Shown: positions 20,865-31,728, counted from the first letter of the stretch. The stretch is DNA of 64,000 nt from an uncultured Acidobacteriota bacterium (GCA_963805975.1 CAWDVR010000002.1:1120001-1184000), one strand, 5' to 3'. Program-made: numbers and translations. The notes: generated by a model from the letters alone, not told the origin.

Positions 20865-21497
20865 ATGCCTCCCCTGCCGCCCAACCAGAAGCGCGAGGAA
20901 GAAGCACAAAAGATCCTGGCGGCGCTGCGGGAGGGCTCGCTCAGCTTGGACCTCGCTTTCGATCGCCTCTTTCGCTCGCACTACGCCGCCGTCCGTTGGC
21001 TCTTCCGCCAGTGGCTTACCAGCCCGGAGGATCGTGAGGAGCTAACCCAGGAGACTTTTCTCCGCATCTATCTGAGCATCGAGGCGTTTCGCGGAGATTG
21101 CAGCTTCAGCACGTACCTCTTCAAGCTCGCCAAGAACGTGTTCCTCGGGCACCGGCGGAGCAAGCTCGCCGAGAAACGCAGCGGCATCGAGGTTTCTCTC
21201 ACGGGGAGCCCGGAGACCGGGGAGGAGCCGAGCACGGAGCCGCTCCCTCCCGTGCCGCCGGAGCAAGAGGATGCTGTGCTCCGAACGGAGCAGGAGAAAA
21301 AGTTGCTCGAGGTAGTGGGACAGATGCCGGATCAAAGACGCAAGTGCCTGATTTTGAAGTACTACCAGGATCGCAGCGTGCAGGAGATCGCGGCGCTGCT
21401 CCACCTCGCCGAGGGCACGGTGAAGGCGCACTTGCACCAGGGGCGAGAGCAGCTCCGAACACTTCTGGGGGCGGACGCGCTGACGGAACGGACCTAG
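20865..21497 (+). CDS. ECF sigma-70 factor
   Basis: Region 2 'EELTQETFLRIY...FRGDCSFSTYLFKLAKN'; region 4 'SVQEIA..L....GTVKAHLHQGR'. Confidence 0.92.
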   Translation: MPPLPPNQKREEEAQKILAALREGSLSLDLAFDRLFRSHYAAVRWLFRQWLTSPEDREELTQETFLRIYLSIEAFRGDCSFSTYLFKLAKNVFLGHRRSKLAEKRSGIEVSLTGSPETGEEPSTEPLPPVPPEQEDAVLRTEQEKKLLEVVGQMPDQRRKCLILKYYQDRSVQEIAALLHLAEGTVKAHLHQGREQLRTLLGADALTERT

Positions 21498-21535
21498 ACC
21501 TTCGGGGGCGGGGGTTTCAGGAAAGCAGGTGGAAG

Positions 21536-22321
21536 ATGGCTCAGACACTGAAGATCAAGACCCTGCTCGAGGGCCTGGCTCGCGAGCAGGGCGAGCCGGC
21601 GGCCGGCCATCCCAGCGACGAGGAGCTCGTCGAGTACGAGGCCGGCGAGCTGGACCCGGAGGACTACCGGCGCGTTCAGGACCACTTGGTGGCCTGCGAG
21701 CCGTGCGCCCGTCTGGTGCTCGAGATCTCGCTCCTCGAGCCCAAAGCGCTCGACGGCGAAGACCCGGTTTCCGAGCACGAGCTGGCGCAGTCGCTGCGCA
21801 GGATGCGAACCCGGCTCCCGGCGCAGCCGCCGCTCCGGGTGGTGGCGCAGCCGGTCAGGCCGGGCGGGACCCCCAACTGGTACAGAGCCGTGGCGGCAGG
21901 CCTTTCGGTGGCCGTGCTCGGGCTCGCGGGCTGGGTGGGGCTGCTGCTCTCCCACCGCGGCGGCCCGGAGATCAACGCCTACGTCTGGAACCTGAACGAC
22001 ACCGGCACGCGGGGAGGCTTCGAAGAGGCCGATCTCGTGGAGGTGCCGGCCGGCAGCAACGCCGTGACGCTGTTGCTCTACGCCTCGAAGCTCGGCGAGC
22101 AGGGCACGCCGGAGTACGACGGCTTTCGCGTCGAGATCGCCGGCGCCGGCCGTACCTGGAGCCGCGACGGCCTGCTGGTGGTGGGTTCGGGCTCGTTCTC
22201 CCTCACTCTGCCGAAGGACGATTTCCCAGCCGGCGCCTACAACGTGAGGATCCTGGGTACGCGCCAGGGCCAGCAGGAGGCGGCCCTGGCGACCTACACG
22301 ATCGATCTGCGCTACGCCTGA
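21536..22321 (+). CDS. Membrane-spanning zinc-finger (zf-HC2/ZAS) anti-sigma factor
   Basis: HPSDEEL..Y and HLVACEPC (HxxxCxxC), one TM, C-terminal extracytoplasmic beta domain. Confidence 0.85.
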   Translation: MAQTLKIKTLLEGLAREQGEPAAGHPSDEELVEYEAGELDPEDYRRVQDHLVACEPCARLVLEISLLEPKALDGEDPVSEHELAQSLRRMRTRLPAQPPLRVVAQPVRPGGTPNWYRAVAAGLSVAVLGLAGWVGLLLSHRGGPEINAYVWNLNDTGTRGGFEEADLVEVPAGSNAVTLLLYASKLGEQGTPEYDGFRVEIAGAGRTWSRDGLLVVGSGSFSLTLPKDDFPAGAYNVRILGTRQGQQEAALATYTIDLRYA

Positions 22322-22338
22322 GGTAGGCTCCGGCCGAG

Positions 22339-25300
22339 ATGCCTCGGTCCTCCAGCCGAGCGGCGATCGTCTTCCTGATTACGGCTCTGCTCGCCTTTCT
22401 CGCCGGCTACGAGAGAGCTCGACTTCCACCCGCCACTCGCCAAGGCCTGCTGACCGCAACGCCGGCACCGGAACCAAGGCCCGCGGCGCGCTCCCTCCCG
22501 CTCGTCGCCGGCACCGAGATCCCGGCCATCCTGGCCGGCGGCGAGGCCCACGAGTACAGCCTTTCACTGCGAGAAGGCCAGTTCGTGGACCTCGAGGTCG
22601 AGCAGCAGGGCATCGACGTGATCCTCGAGCTCTACCAGCCCGGCGGCGACCTCGAGACCCTCGTGGACAGCCCGAACGATGCCTCGGGACCGGAGCCCCT
22701 GCTGCTGCTGGGCGAGGCGGCGGGCGAGTACCGTCTTTCGATTGCAGCAGGAAACCCGGCAGATCCATCCGGCCGATACATCCTACGTCTCCTCGCCGTG
22801 CACGAGGCCGGGGCCGACGACCGCACCCGGGTCACCGCGGAGCGCATGTTCGCCAAGGGCGAAGGGCTGCGGCGCGCAGGAACCGCCGAATCCCTGACCG
22901 AGGCGATCGATTGGGACCGGCAGGCTCTCCTTCGGTACCGCAGCCTGGAGAGTCGTTCGCGAGAGGCGGATGTTCTCGTTGCGTTGGGAAGGGTCCACTC
23001 ATTTCGCGATGACTGGCAGCAGGCACTCTCGGCATTCGAGCAGGCCCTTCCCATACTGCGAGAGGCCGGGCGAGGCGTGGACGAGGCGGCAACGCTGAAC
23101 AACATTGGCCTGGTCCTCAACAAAACAGAGCAATCCCAACGGGCGCTCGACCTTTTCAGGCAGGCAGAAGCTCTATACCGGCGGTTTGGACACCCCCACC
23201 AAGCCCGCGCCCTGAGCAACATCGGCTGGGCTCACGAGAAGCTCGGCGACCTCGAGGACGCTATTCAGGCTTACCGCGATGCCTATACACAATTTCTCAG
23301 GTTGAGCGACTCGCCTGGCGCTGGAATCTGCATGCTCAACATCGGGGATCTTTACTCCAGACAGGGTCAGACTGAGAGTGCGATCGATGCTTATGAAGAA
23401 GCTCGCGCTCGGCTCGAGAAGTCTCCGGACCGGCGATCACTTGCGCTGACCCAGACGAGGCTCGGGTACGCACGCTACCGGTCCGGCCAGGCCGAACAGG
23501 GCCGAGAGCTCCTGGAGACCGCCCTGGAGATGCAGCGACGCCTGGGTGCACGAAGAGACGAAGCGATCTCTCACAACTCTCTGGCTCTCCTCCTGAGTGA
23601 GGCAGCCGAGACCGAGCTCGCCAAGCTCCACTATCACGAGGCTGCAGCCATCGGCACGGCGCTGGGCGACGAAGCAGAGCGCGCTGTGACTCTCGCCAAC
23701 CTGGGGCATCTCGAGCTCGAGAGCGGCTCCGACGAAGCGGCCGAGGGCACATTCCGAGAGGCGCTGGCGACTTTTGCCCGGGTCGATTCACCCCTGGGCG
23801 AGGCCACCGCTCTCTTTGGGCTGGGGACGCTTCTCGCTCAGCAAGGCAAGCTGAGCGAGGCCGCATCGGTGCTCGAGCGGTGTACTCGCAGAGTCGAGGA
23901 CGTGCGCAACGCGACGGCGAGCTCGGATCTGCGAAGGTCATTCCTGGCGCTCCAGCAGCCAACCTACGGGTTGTACATCGAAACCCTCATGAGGCTCCAC
24001 GCGGCAGATGTGGACGCCGGGTTTGACCTGATGGCCTTCGAGGTCGCCCAACGTGTACGAGCGCGTGGCCTGCTCGACGACCTGCTGGCGTCCCCTGCGG
24101 CGCTGCGGAGAGACGGCCCCCACCCTCTGGTCGAGGAAGAAGCAGCCCTCAGCCAAGCAATCAACAGAACAGCAGAGGAACGTCAGCCCCTGCTCGCCAT
24201 CCCTCGATCTCGACAGAAGGTCGACGACCTCGGCAAAGTACTGAGAGGGCAGCTCGCGGCTGCTGATCATCTGGAAGCAAGGATGCGGAGAAGCAGCACG
24301 GCCTTCCGCGAAACCATCTCGGCACCGGCTCAGACACTCGAAACGATCCAGCAACAGCTTCTCGGCGCGGAAACCATCCTCTTGGAGTACGCTCTCGGCA
24401 ACAACGAGAGCTACCTGTGGGCAGTGACTGACAGCTCGTTGTCGAGCTTCCGGCTGCCGCCGCGCCGAGAGCTCGAGGCGCAGGCAGCGGCACTGTACCG
24501 CGCGCTCTCGCTCGGGCCGCAGCCACTCGCTTCGGGTCAGACCGAGGCCTTGCTGAAAAAACTTTCAGAGACTCTCCTGGGGCCGGTGGCAGAGCTCGTT
24601 GGTGATCGGCGGATTCTGGTAATTCCCGATGGGGACCTTGCACTGCTCCCGTTTGCCGCCCTCCCCAGACCGAGCACAGCCGCCAAGGCTCATCAGAAAG
24701 CGGACTCGGAGCCGATCGCCACCGGGCACGAGGTGACGATACTGCCGTCCGCGTCGTCCCTCGCCTTCTTGCGGCGCAGATCTCGGGCGCGCTCCTCCGC
24801 CCCGGGGCTCCTGGCAGCGATCGGAGATGCGGTTTCCAACCCCGGAGACCTGCGGTTTCCCAGGCGACCTCCCGTCCCCCCCGGCTCACAGCTCATCCAG
24901 TTCCCGCGGTTGCCTTATGCACGAGCAGAGATGGAGCGAATTCTATCTCTCGCGGGTGAGGAGCCGAAGCTCGCGGCGTCAGGATTCGAAGCCAGCAGAA
25001 GCACGCTCATGACCGAGGTCCTGTCCAGATATCGAATCGTTCACTTCGCCACTCACGGTGTCTTTGACCCCGAGTTCCCCGAGCTGTCGGCGATCGTACT
25101 GTCGACCTTCGATGCCAGCGGATCTCCCCGAGATGGTCTGGTTCGAGCCCATGAGCTGCGACGGATGAATTTCAACGCAGAGCTAGTCGTGGTCTCCGCC
25201 TGCGAGACCGCACGCGGGAAGACGGTGCGCGGAGAAGGAGTTGTGGGTCTGGCTCGCAGCCTGCTCTCCGCCGGGGCCCAACAAGCAATGGTCAGCCTCT

Positions 25301-25527
25301 GGGAGGTCGACGACCAGGCGACGGCAAACTTGATGGAAGAGTTCTACCGCGGCTTGCTGGTCGAGCGCCGTAGCGCTGCTGCAGCGCTGCTGGAAGCGCA
25401 GGCAGCCGTCGCCCGCCAGGAGCGGTGGCACTCTCCGTACTTCTGGGCCGGATTCCTATTGATTGGCGACGGGAGTGGTCTCGGCGCTAAACCGCACATT
25501 CCCCCGTCGCATCTGAGACGGAATTAG
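22339..25527 (+). CDS. PPC-like + TPR array + CHAT (caspase-like clan CD) protease with an N-terminal signal/TM
   Basis: Multiple TPRs (A.TLNNIG, ALSNIG, TLANLG); CHAT motifs VIPDGDL..LPFAAL, VHFATHG, VVSACET, SLWEVDD, PYFWAGF; His/Cys dyad intact. Confidence 0.92.
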   Translation: MPRSSSRAAIVFLITALLAFLAGYERARLPPATRQGLLTATPAPEPRPAARSLPLVAGTEIPAILAGGEAHEYSLSLREGQFVDLEVEQQGIDVILELYQPGGDLETLVDSPNDASGPEPLLLLGEAAGEYRLSIAAGNPADPSGRYILRLLAVHEAGADDRTRVTAERMFAKGEGLRRAGTAESLTEAIDWDRQALLRYRSLESRSREADVLVALGRVHSFRDDWQQALSAFEQALPILREAGRGVDEAATLNNIGLVLNKTEQSQRALDLFRQAEALYRRFGHPHQARALSNIGWAHEKLGDLEDAIQAYRDAYTQFLRLSDSPGAGICMLNIGDLYSRQGQTESAIDAYEEARARLEKSPDRRSLALTQTRLGYARYRSGQAEQGRELLETALEMQRRLGARRDEAISHNSLALLLSEAAETELAKLHYHEAAAIGTALGDEAERAVTLANLGHLELESGSDEAAEGTFREALATFARVDSPLGEATALFGLGTLLAQQGKLSEAASVLERCTRRVEDVRNATASSDLRRSFLALQQPTYGLYIETLMRLHAADVDAGFDLMAFEVAQRVRARGLLDDLLASPAALRRDGPHPLVEEEAALSQAINRTAEERQPLLAIPRSRQKVDDLGKVLRGQLAAADHLEARMRRSSTAFRETISAPAQTLETIQQQLLGAETILLEYALGNNESYLWAVTDSSLSSFRLPPRRELEAQAAALYRALSLGPQPLASGQTEALLKKLSETLLGPVAELVGDRRILVIPDGDLALLPFAALPRPSTAAKAHQKADSEPIATGHEVTILPSASSLAFLRRRSRARSSAPGLLAAIGDAVSNPGDLRFPRRPPVPPGSQLIQFPRLPYARAEMERILSLAGEEPKLAASGFEASRSTLMTEVLSRYRIVHFATHGVFDPEFPELSAIVLSTFDASGSPRDGLVRAHELRRMNFNAELVVVSACETARGKTVRGEGVVGLARSLLSAGAQQAMVSLWEVDDQATANLMEEFYRGLLVERRSAAAALLEAQAAVARQERWHSPYFWAGFLLIGDGSGLGAKPHIPPSHLRRN

Positions 25528-25562
25528 CACCATCTATTCCTTCTGCTCGCAAAGGAGAGGCG

Positions 25563-25814
25563 ATGAGAACCAGTTCGCATCCGAAAGAAACTGATCAGGG
25601 GACGGCGGAGAAATCTACCAGCGTGACCAGGGTGGACCCGGGCTTTCCTATCGAGCAGGGAGCTGGGGGCCAGGGGTCGGGTGGCGGCACTCCGGCCAAG
25701 CCACCCAATCAATCGGACGGCGAACCCGGTTCGGTCAGCCCCAAGAAGCGCGTCCGAAAGATCAGGCGAGGAGCGGTCCCGAAGAAGGCCAGCCCGACCC
25801 GAAGATCGGCATAA
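25563..25814 (+). CDS. Small 83-aa low-complexity protein with a basic C-terminus
   Basis: AAGGAGAGG RBS directly before the ATG; co-oriented within the CHAT operon; no recognisable domain. Confidence 0.55.
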   Translation: MRTSSHPKETDQGTAEKSTSVTRVDPGFPIEQGAGGQGSGGGTPAKPPNQSDGEPGSVSPKKRVRKIRRGAVPKKASPTRRSA

Positions 25815-25907
25815 CGTCGGACACCGCTTCCAAGGCTCGCGGCGCGGTCCGGCGGTCGTTTACCCGGCGCCCGCGCCGCCATTGCCATATCCTATGCCGC
25901 CAAGGCC

Positions 25908-27393
25908 ATGACAGATCCTTGCTCGGTGTTCAACGGCATTCATGCCACGACGGGCCGCACCTTGTATCCGGCGCATCCGGTGAGGAGCCTGATTCACCTC
26001 GCAGAGCGGGAGAGGGGCTCGCCGATGCAGACCGGCCCTCTTGCCCCTCCTCGGGCTCGCGCGTCCTCGTGCGCAGGGGCTCCCCGCGGCCCTGCTCTCC
26101 GACTGCGACTTCAGGGACCCGGCCGAGGCCGGCTGGGGGGTGATCTTTTCCGCCCAGGCCGATCCCAAGGTTCGAGCGGCCCTCGCTCCATTGCTCGACC
26201 ATCGCAAGGAACAGGTGACGCGTTCCAACGAGCGCCGATACCACGAGTTCTCGGGTGAGCTGGGCTACCAGAAGGGCGATACCAAAGCCAGGTTCCTCCA
26301 TCGCCAGTGCGTGGGGCCCGGCGAGTTCGACGCCCTGCGCGTGCCCTACTACCTGCTCCTGGTGGGCGGACCGGAAGAGATCTCTTTCGGTTTTCAGGAC
26401 AAGCTCGATCCCCGGTACGCCGTCGGCCGGCTCTGTTTCGATCGGGTGGAGGACTACGCGCGCTACGCGGCCCACGTGGTCGCCACCGAGCAGGCGGCGA
26501 AGCTGCGCCCGTTACGCGCCACGGTCTTCGGGGTCGCCAACGCGGACGACCGCGCCATGGAGCTGACGTGCGAGTACCTGGCCAAGAGGGTCGCCACCAA
26601 TCTCGCAGCCAAGGCCCAGGGCTTTGCAGTCGAGAAGGTGCTCGGGGTGGCCGCCACCAAGGACCGCCTGCGGCGCCTGCTGGGCGGCGATCAGACTCCC
26701 GACCTGCTCTTCACCACCTGCCACGGAATGGGTTTCGACGCCGGTGATCCGCGCCAGGAGATCGAGCAGGGCGGCCTCGTTTGCGCGGACTGGCCCGGTC
26801 CCTTGGCCTGGCAGAAGCCGCTCGACGCCAGGCACTACTTCACGGCGCGAGACGTGGGCGACGAGGCCCGCCTGGGTGGCTTGATCACCTTCCACTTCGC
26901 CTGCCACAGCGCCGGCACCCCGGATCACGACGCCTACGGCGAGCGCACGAACCAGAATCCCCGCCGCCTGGCGACCCGGCCCATGGTCGCCGGCTTGTGC
27001 AAGCGTCTTCTCGCTCACCCCGGCGGCGGCGCGCTGGCGGTGGTCGGCCACGTCGAGCGAACCTGGGGATACTCCTTCCTGTGGCAGGGCATCGGGCCGA
27101 CTACGCAGGCCTTCGAGCGGACTCTCGAGAGCCTGCTCGCCGGCAACCCGGTCGGTTTCGCCATGGAGCCCTTCGCGGCCCGTGCTCACGACCTCGGCGA
27201 GGATCTGCGCGAGGAGGGAGACCCGGAGCGGGCGGCCATGCTGTGGACCGCGCTCCAGGACGCCCACAACTACATCATCCTGGGCGATCCGGCGGTGCGC
27301 CTGCCGGCACCGAAGCCGCCTCGGCTCCGGCCGCCCCCGGGGCCGTCGTCGCCGCTCTCGCGCCGGAAGCTCCAGTTCGGAGAAGCCGGTTGA
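25908..27393 (+). pseudogene. Peptidase C25 (gingipain-like, clan CD) protein with an apparent +1 frameshift near 26040
   Basis: N-terminal 'FNGIHATTG' frame (25908) switches to the frame with GWGVIF, VPYYLLLVGGPEEI, YAVGRL, LLFTTCHG, FACHSAG, LAVVGHVER and ILGDPAVRL. Confidence 0.75.
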
Positions 27394-27400
27394 CGACTGG

Positions 27401-28798
27401 CTACTGCAGATAGCCCAGCGCCCGCAGCCGGTCCTCCGCCTCCTTGCCCAGCAGCAGGCTCTTCTCCGAGGCCGCCGAGCCTTCGATCCTCACCAGCCGC
27501 TCGTAGAGCGCTCTCTGGAGACGCTCGAGCTCTGCGGGATGCCGAGCAGACAAGTCTTCGAGCTCGCCGGGGTCCGCGGCGAGGTCGAACAGGGCGAAGG
27601 TGCGGCGCGCCATGTCGTAGAGCAGCTTCGAGCGCCCGTCGGTGACGCTCCGCCACTCGCCCTGCGAGCTGAAAGCGAGCCGCGGAGCGTCCTCACCGGG
27701 CGGGGCCTGGGAGCCGAGCCAGGGACGCAGGCTCTCGCCCGCGGGCGCCCAACCGCCCGACGCGCGGGCATCGAGCCCCGCCAGGTCGAGCAGCGTGGGT
27801 GCAAGATCGAGGTTCGAGACGGCCCCCTGCACGCGCCTGCCGGCCGCGCCGTGTGGAGTCCGGATCAGCAACGGCGTCCGGACCTGGGTGTCGAACGGCG
27901 CATGGCAGTGCTTCACATCGCCATGCTCGAGGAAGGCCTCGCCATGGTCGGACGCCAGGACGAGGACCGTGCCGCCCGCCGACCGGGAGCTCTCGAGCGC
28001 CGCCAGCAGGCGCGGCAGCTCGCTGTCGAAGTAGGCGATCTCCTCGTCGTAGAGGTCGACCAGGTGCTGTAGCTGGTCGGCGCTCACCGGCGACGGCTGG
28101 CCGTGCTTGTAGAGGGCGTCGGCGATCGGGTTGGGGTCGCCGGCGAGCACGAAATCCGGCGCCTCGATGGGCAGCGCCCAGCGCCTGGGGTGCCGCTCCG
28201 GAGGCCGGTAGGGCCCGTGGGGCTCCATGAAGTGGAGGTAGAGGAAGTAGGGCGGCCCGAGGCCGGGCAACAGCGCTTCGAGGCGGCCGTTCACGCAGTC
28301 GGCCGACTGCCACAGGCACTGCTCGTCGAAGATCTCGAAGCCGCGGTCGAACCCCCCAGCCGGGTTGAAGCGGGTGGGAGACTTGCGCACCACGGGGCTC
28401 GCGGACACGGCGGCGGTCGTGTAGCCCGCGTCACGAAGCACCTCCGCCAGCGACGGAACGGTCTCCGGGATGCCCAACCGCCCACCCTCCTGCCCCAGGA
28501 ACACCAGGGGATCGCGTGAGGTGAGGAGGGAGTTGACGGAAGGAAACGTGCAGCTCGCCTGGGCGCGCGCCTGCTCGAAGAGCACCGCCTGCCGGGCGAG
28601 CGCATCGAAGTTCGGGCTGGTCTCTCGAGCGTAGCCGTAGGCGCTCAGGTGATCGGCGCGCAGCGTGTCGACCACCACCAGCACCAGGTTGGGCTTGGGC
28701 GCGGGAGAGGCGGGAGAAGGTGAGGGCGGCTCCCCGCCGCAACCCATCCAGGCGGCACCGGCGAGCCACCAGGAGAGCGAGCGCGCGAAACGCCGCAT
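27401..28798 (-). CDS. Sulfatase-like / alkaline phosphatase superfamily lipoprotein
   Basis: Lipobox-like WMGC; NLVLVVVDTLRADHL, YLHFMEPHGPY, YDEEIAYFD, ASDHGE and LRALGY motifs. Confidence 0.85.
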   Translation of the reverse strand: MRRFARSLSWWLAGAAWMGCGGEPPSPSPASPAPKPNLVLVVVDTLRADHLSAYGYARETSPNFDALARQAVLFEQARAQASCTFPSVNSLLTSRDPLVFLGQEGGRLGIPETVPSLAEVLRDAGYTTAAVSASPVVRKSPTRFNPAGGFDRGFEIFDEQCLWQSADCVNGRLEALLPGLGPPYFLYLHFMEPHGPYRPPERHPRRWALPIEAPDFVLAGDPNPIADALYKHGQPSPVSADQLQHLVDLYDEEIAYFDSELPRLLAALESSRSAGGTVLVLASDHGEAFLEHGDVKHCHAPFDTQVRTPLLIRTPHGAAGRRVQGAVSNLDLAPTLLDLAGLDARASGGWAPAGESLRPWLGSQAPPGEDAPRLAFSSQGEWRSVTDGRSKLLYDMARRTFALFDLAADPGELEDLSARHPAELERLQRALYERLVRIEGSAASEKSLLLGKEAEDRLRALGYLQ

Positions 28799-28815
28799 CT
28801 CCTACCCGCCTCTCT

Positions 28816-29439
28816 CTACCCAGGGAGATGGACGAGAAGCTCGCGCCGCAGCAGGTCGGAGAGCTCGGCCAGGAGCTCGGGCCGCGGCGCGCCCTTCGCC
28901 GCCTCGACGATCAGGACATGCGGCATCTCGGGCGAGTCGCCGTAGGTCTCGTGGCGCTCGAGGCCGCGGAAGAAGTCGTGTTGGCTCTCGCCGTAGCGGC
29001 ACCAGGCGAGGTCCCTGAACCCGCAGGCCTCGAGGGCCCGGGCCAGCATCTCGCGGTTCCACACGAACTGGTGCCCCCAGGCACGGAAGGCGCGGTTCAT
29101 GCGGATCGCCATCTGCCGCTTCTCGTCCGGGTCGGCCTCCAGCCGGTAGTGCGTGAGCCACACCCAGTCGAGGTTCGGGGTCGAGAGGCGGATCCAGCCG
29201 CCGTCCGCGAGCACGCGGTGGGACTCGAGCAGGAAGGCGAGCGCCTTGTCCACCTCCAGGTGCTCGAGGAAGTGCTCGGCGAAGACCGCCTCGACGTTCT
29301 TGAACTTGAGGCCCCGGGTGACGTCGGCCACCACGTCCACGCCCGGCAGACGCTTCAGATCGACGTTGACCCAACCCTCGAGCCGCTTGTCCCCGGCCCC
29401 CACGTGGAGCTTCACCGGCTTGCCGCTGAACCAGCTCAT
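28816..29439 (-). CDS. Class I SAM-dependent methyltransferase-like protein
   Basis: KLHVGAG..GWVNVD, AEHFLEHL, RVLADGG.IRLSTP motifs. Confidence 0.75.
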   Translation of the reverse strand: MSWFSGKPVKLHVGAGDKRLEGWVNVDLKRLPGVDVVADVTRGLKFKNVEAVFAEHFLEHLEVDKALAFLLESHRVLADGGWIRLSTPNLDWVWLTHYRLEADPDEKRQMAIRMNRAFRAWGHQFVWNREMLARALEACGFRDLAWCRYGESQHDFFRGLERHETYGDSPEMPHVLIVEAAKGAPRPELLAELSDLLRRELLVHLPG

Positions 29440-29509
29440 GGCCGGCAACGATCCCCGTTCAAACCATAGATGTCAAGCCGGGCTCGTGGTCGTGATGTGC
29501 TCGGGCTCA

Positions 29510-29605
29510 CAGCCGGATGGATTCCCGCTTGCGCGGGAATGACCGCGACGAGAGCAGAGGCATCATAGGCTGTCGTTCCCGCGCAAGCGGGAATCCATCC
29601 GGCTG
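29510..29605. repeat. Inverted pair of ATTCCC-N8-GGGAAT palindromes (dRS3/REP-like miniature element)
   Basis: CAGCCGGATGGATTCCCGCTTGCGCGGGAATGAC ... GTCGTTCCCGCGCAAGCGGGAATCCATCCGGCTG, an approximately 34-bp near-perfect inverted repeat. Confidence 0.85.
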
Positions 29606-29633
29606 CCCTCGCAGAAGGTCCATCGCCCTCTAA

Positions 29634-30986
<1,353 letters not shown>

Positions 30987-30996
30987 GAGACCGGCA

Positions 30997-31374
30997 ATGC
31001 AGGCCAGTACCATCGCCGATCCGCGGCCCTTCCGGTCCCTCCTGACGGTGGCCGTGGCCGCTCTGCTCCTGCTGCTCGTCGCCTTCGGCGCCAAGGGCTA
31101 CCAGGACCTCAAGAGCGCGCAGGCGCGGGAGCTCGAGCTCGAAGCCCGCATCGCCGAAAAAGAGGCGCGGATCGCCGAGCTCGAGCAGCGGGTCCACCGG
31201 CTGGGGGGCGACCCCGCGACCCTCGAGCGGCTGGCCCGCGAGGAGCTGTGGATGGCGCGGCCTGCCGACGTGGTGATCGTGCTGCCTCCCGAGCCCGGCG
31301 ATGCGCCCCCTCTCGCGACCCGCGCGCTCCGCCGCTCGGCCCCCGCGAGCCTACCGGCCCGTCCCAGCCTCTGA
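30997..31374 (+). CDS. ftsB: Septum formation initiator FtsB/DivIC
   Basis: TM plus coiled coil plus 'LERLAREEL.M..P.D'; classic position after eno. Confidence 0.85.
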   Translation: MQASTIADPRPFRSLLTVAVAALLLLLVAFGAKGYQDLKSAQARELELEARIAEKEARIAELEQRVHRLGGDPATLERLAREELWMARPADVVIVLPPEPGDAPPLATRALRRSAPASLPARPSL

Positions 31375-31456
31375 GCTCCAGCGGCCGGCCGAGACTGAGC
31401 CCGGCCGCTGCCTTCGCAGGCCGCATTTCCTTTCTACAAAAATACAGGCAACGCTC

Positions 31457-31485
31457 TTGACACTCTGGCAGTGGTGCTATATACA
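31457..31485 (+). promoter_or_regulatory. Near-consensus sigma70 promoter in the ftsB-moaA intergenic region
   Basis: TTGACA at 31457, followed by TG.TATATACA within an AT-rich patch. Confidence 0.65.
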
Positions 31486-31728
31486 GATATTGAAAAGCGA
31501 CATTCCCGCTGGCGGCCCGTTACCAGGACGGTCGTGGCCCGGTTCCGCCGGCAAAGGCAGAGACACAGAGCACAGGCAAATGCACCATCTCAGGGACACA
31601 GCCGCTCCACCCAGCGCCGGCCTGGCCGGTGCCCCATCGTTCGCGGACCCCCTACGCGGCCTCACGGCCGCGTCACTCGGATCGGCCGGCTGCGGCGTCC
31701 AGCCGCAGGGCGGCTAGCCGAGCCCACC

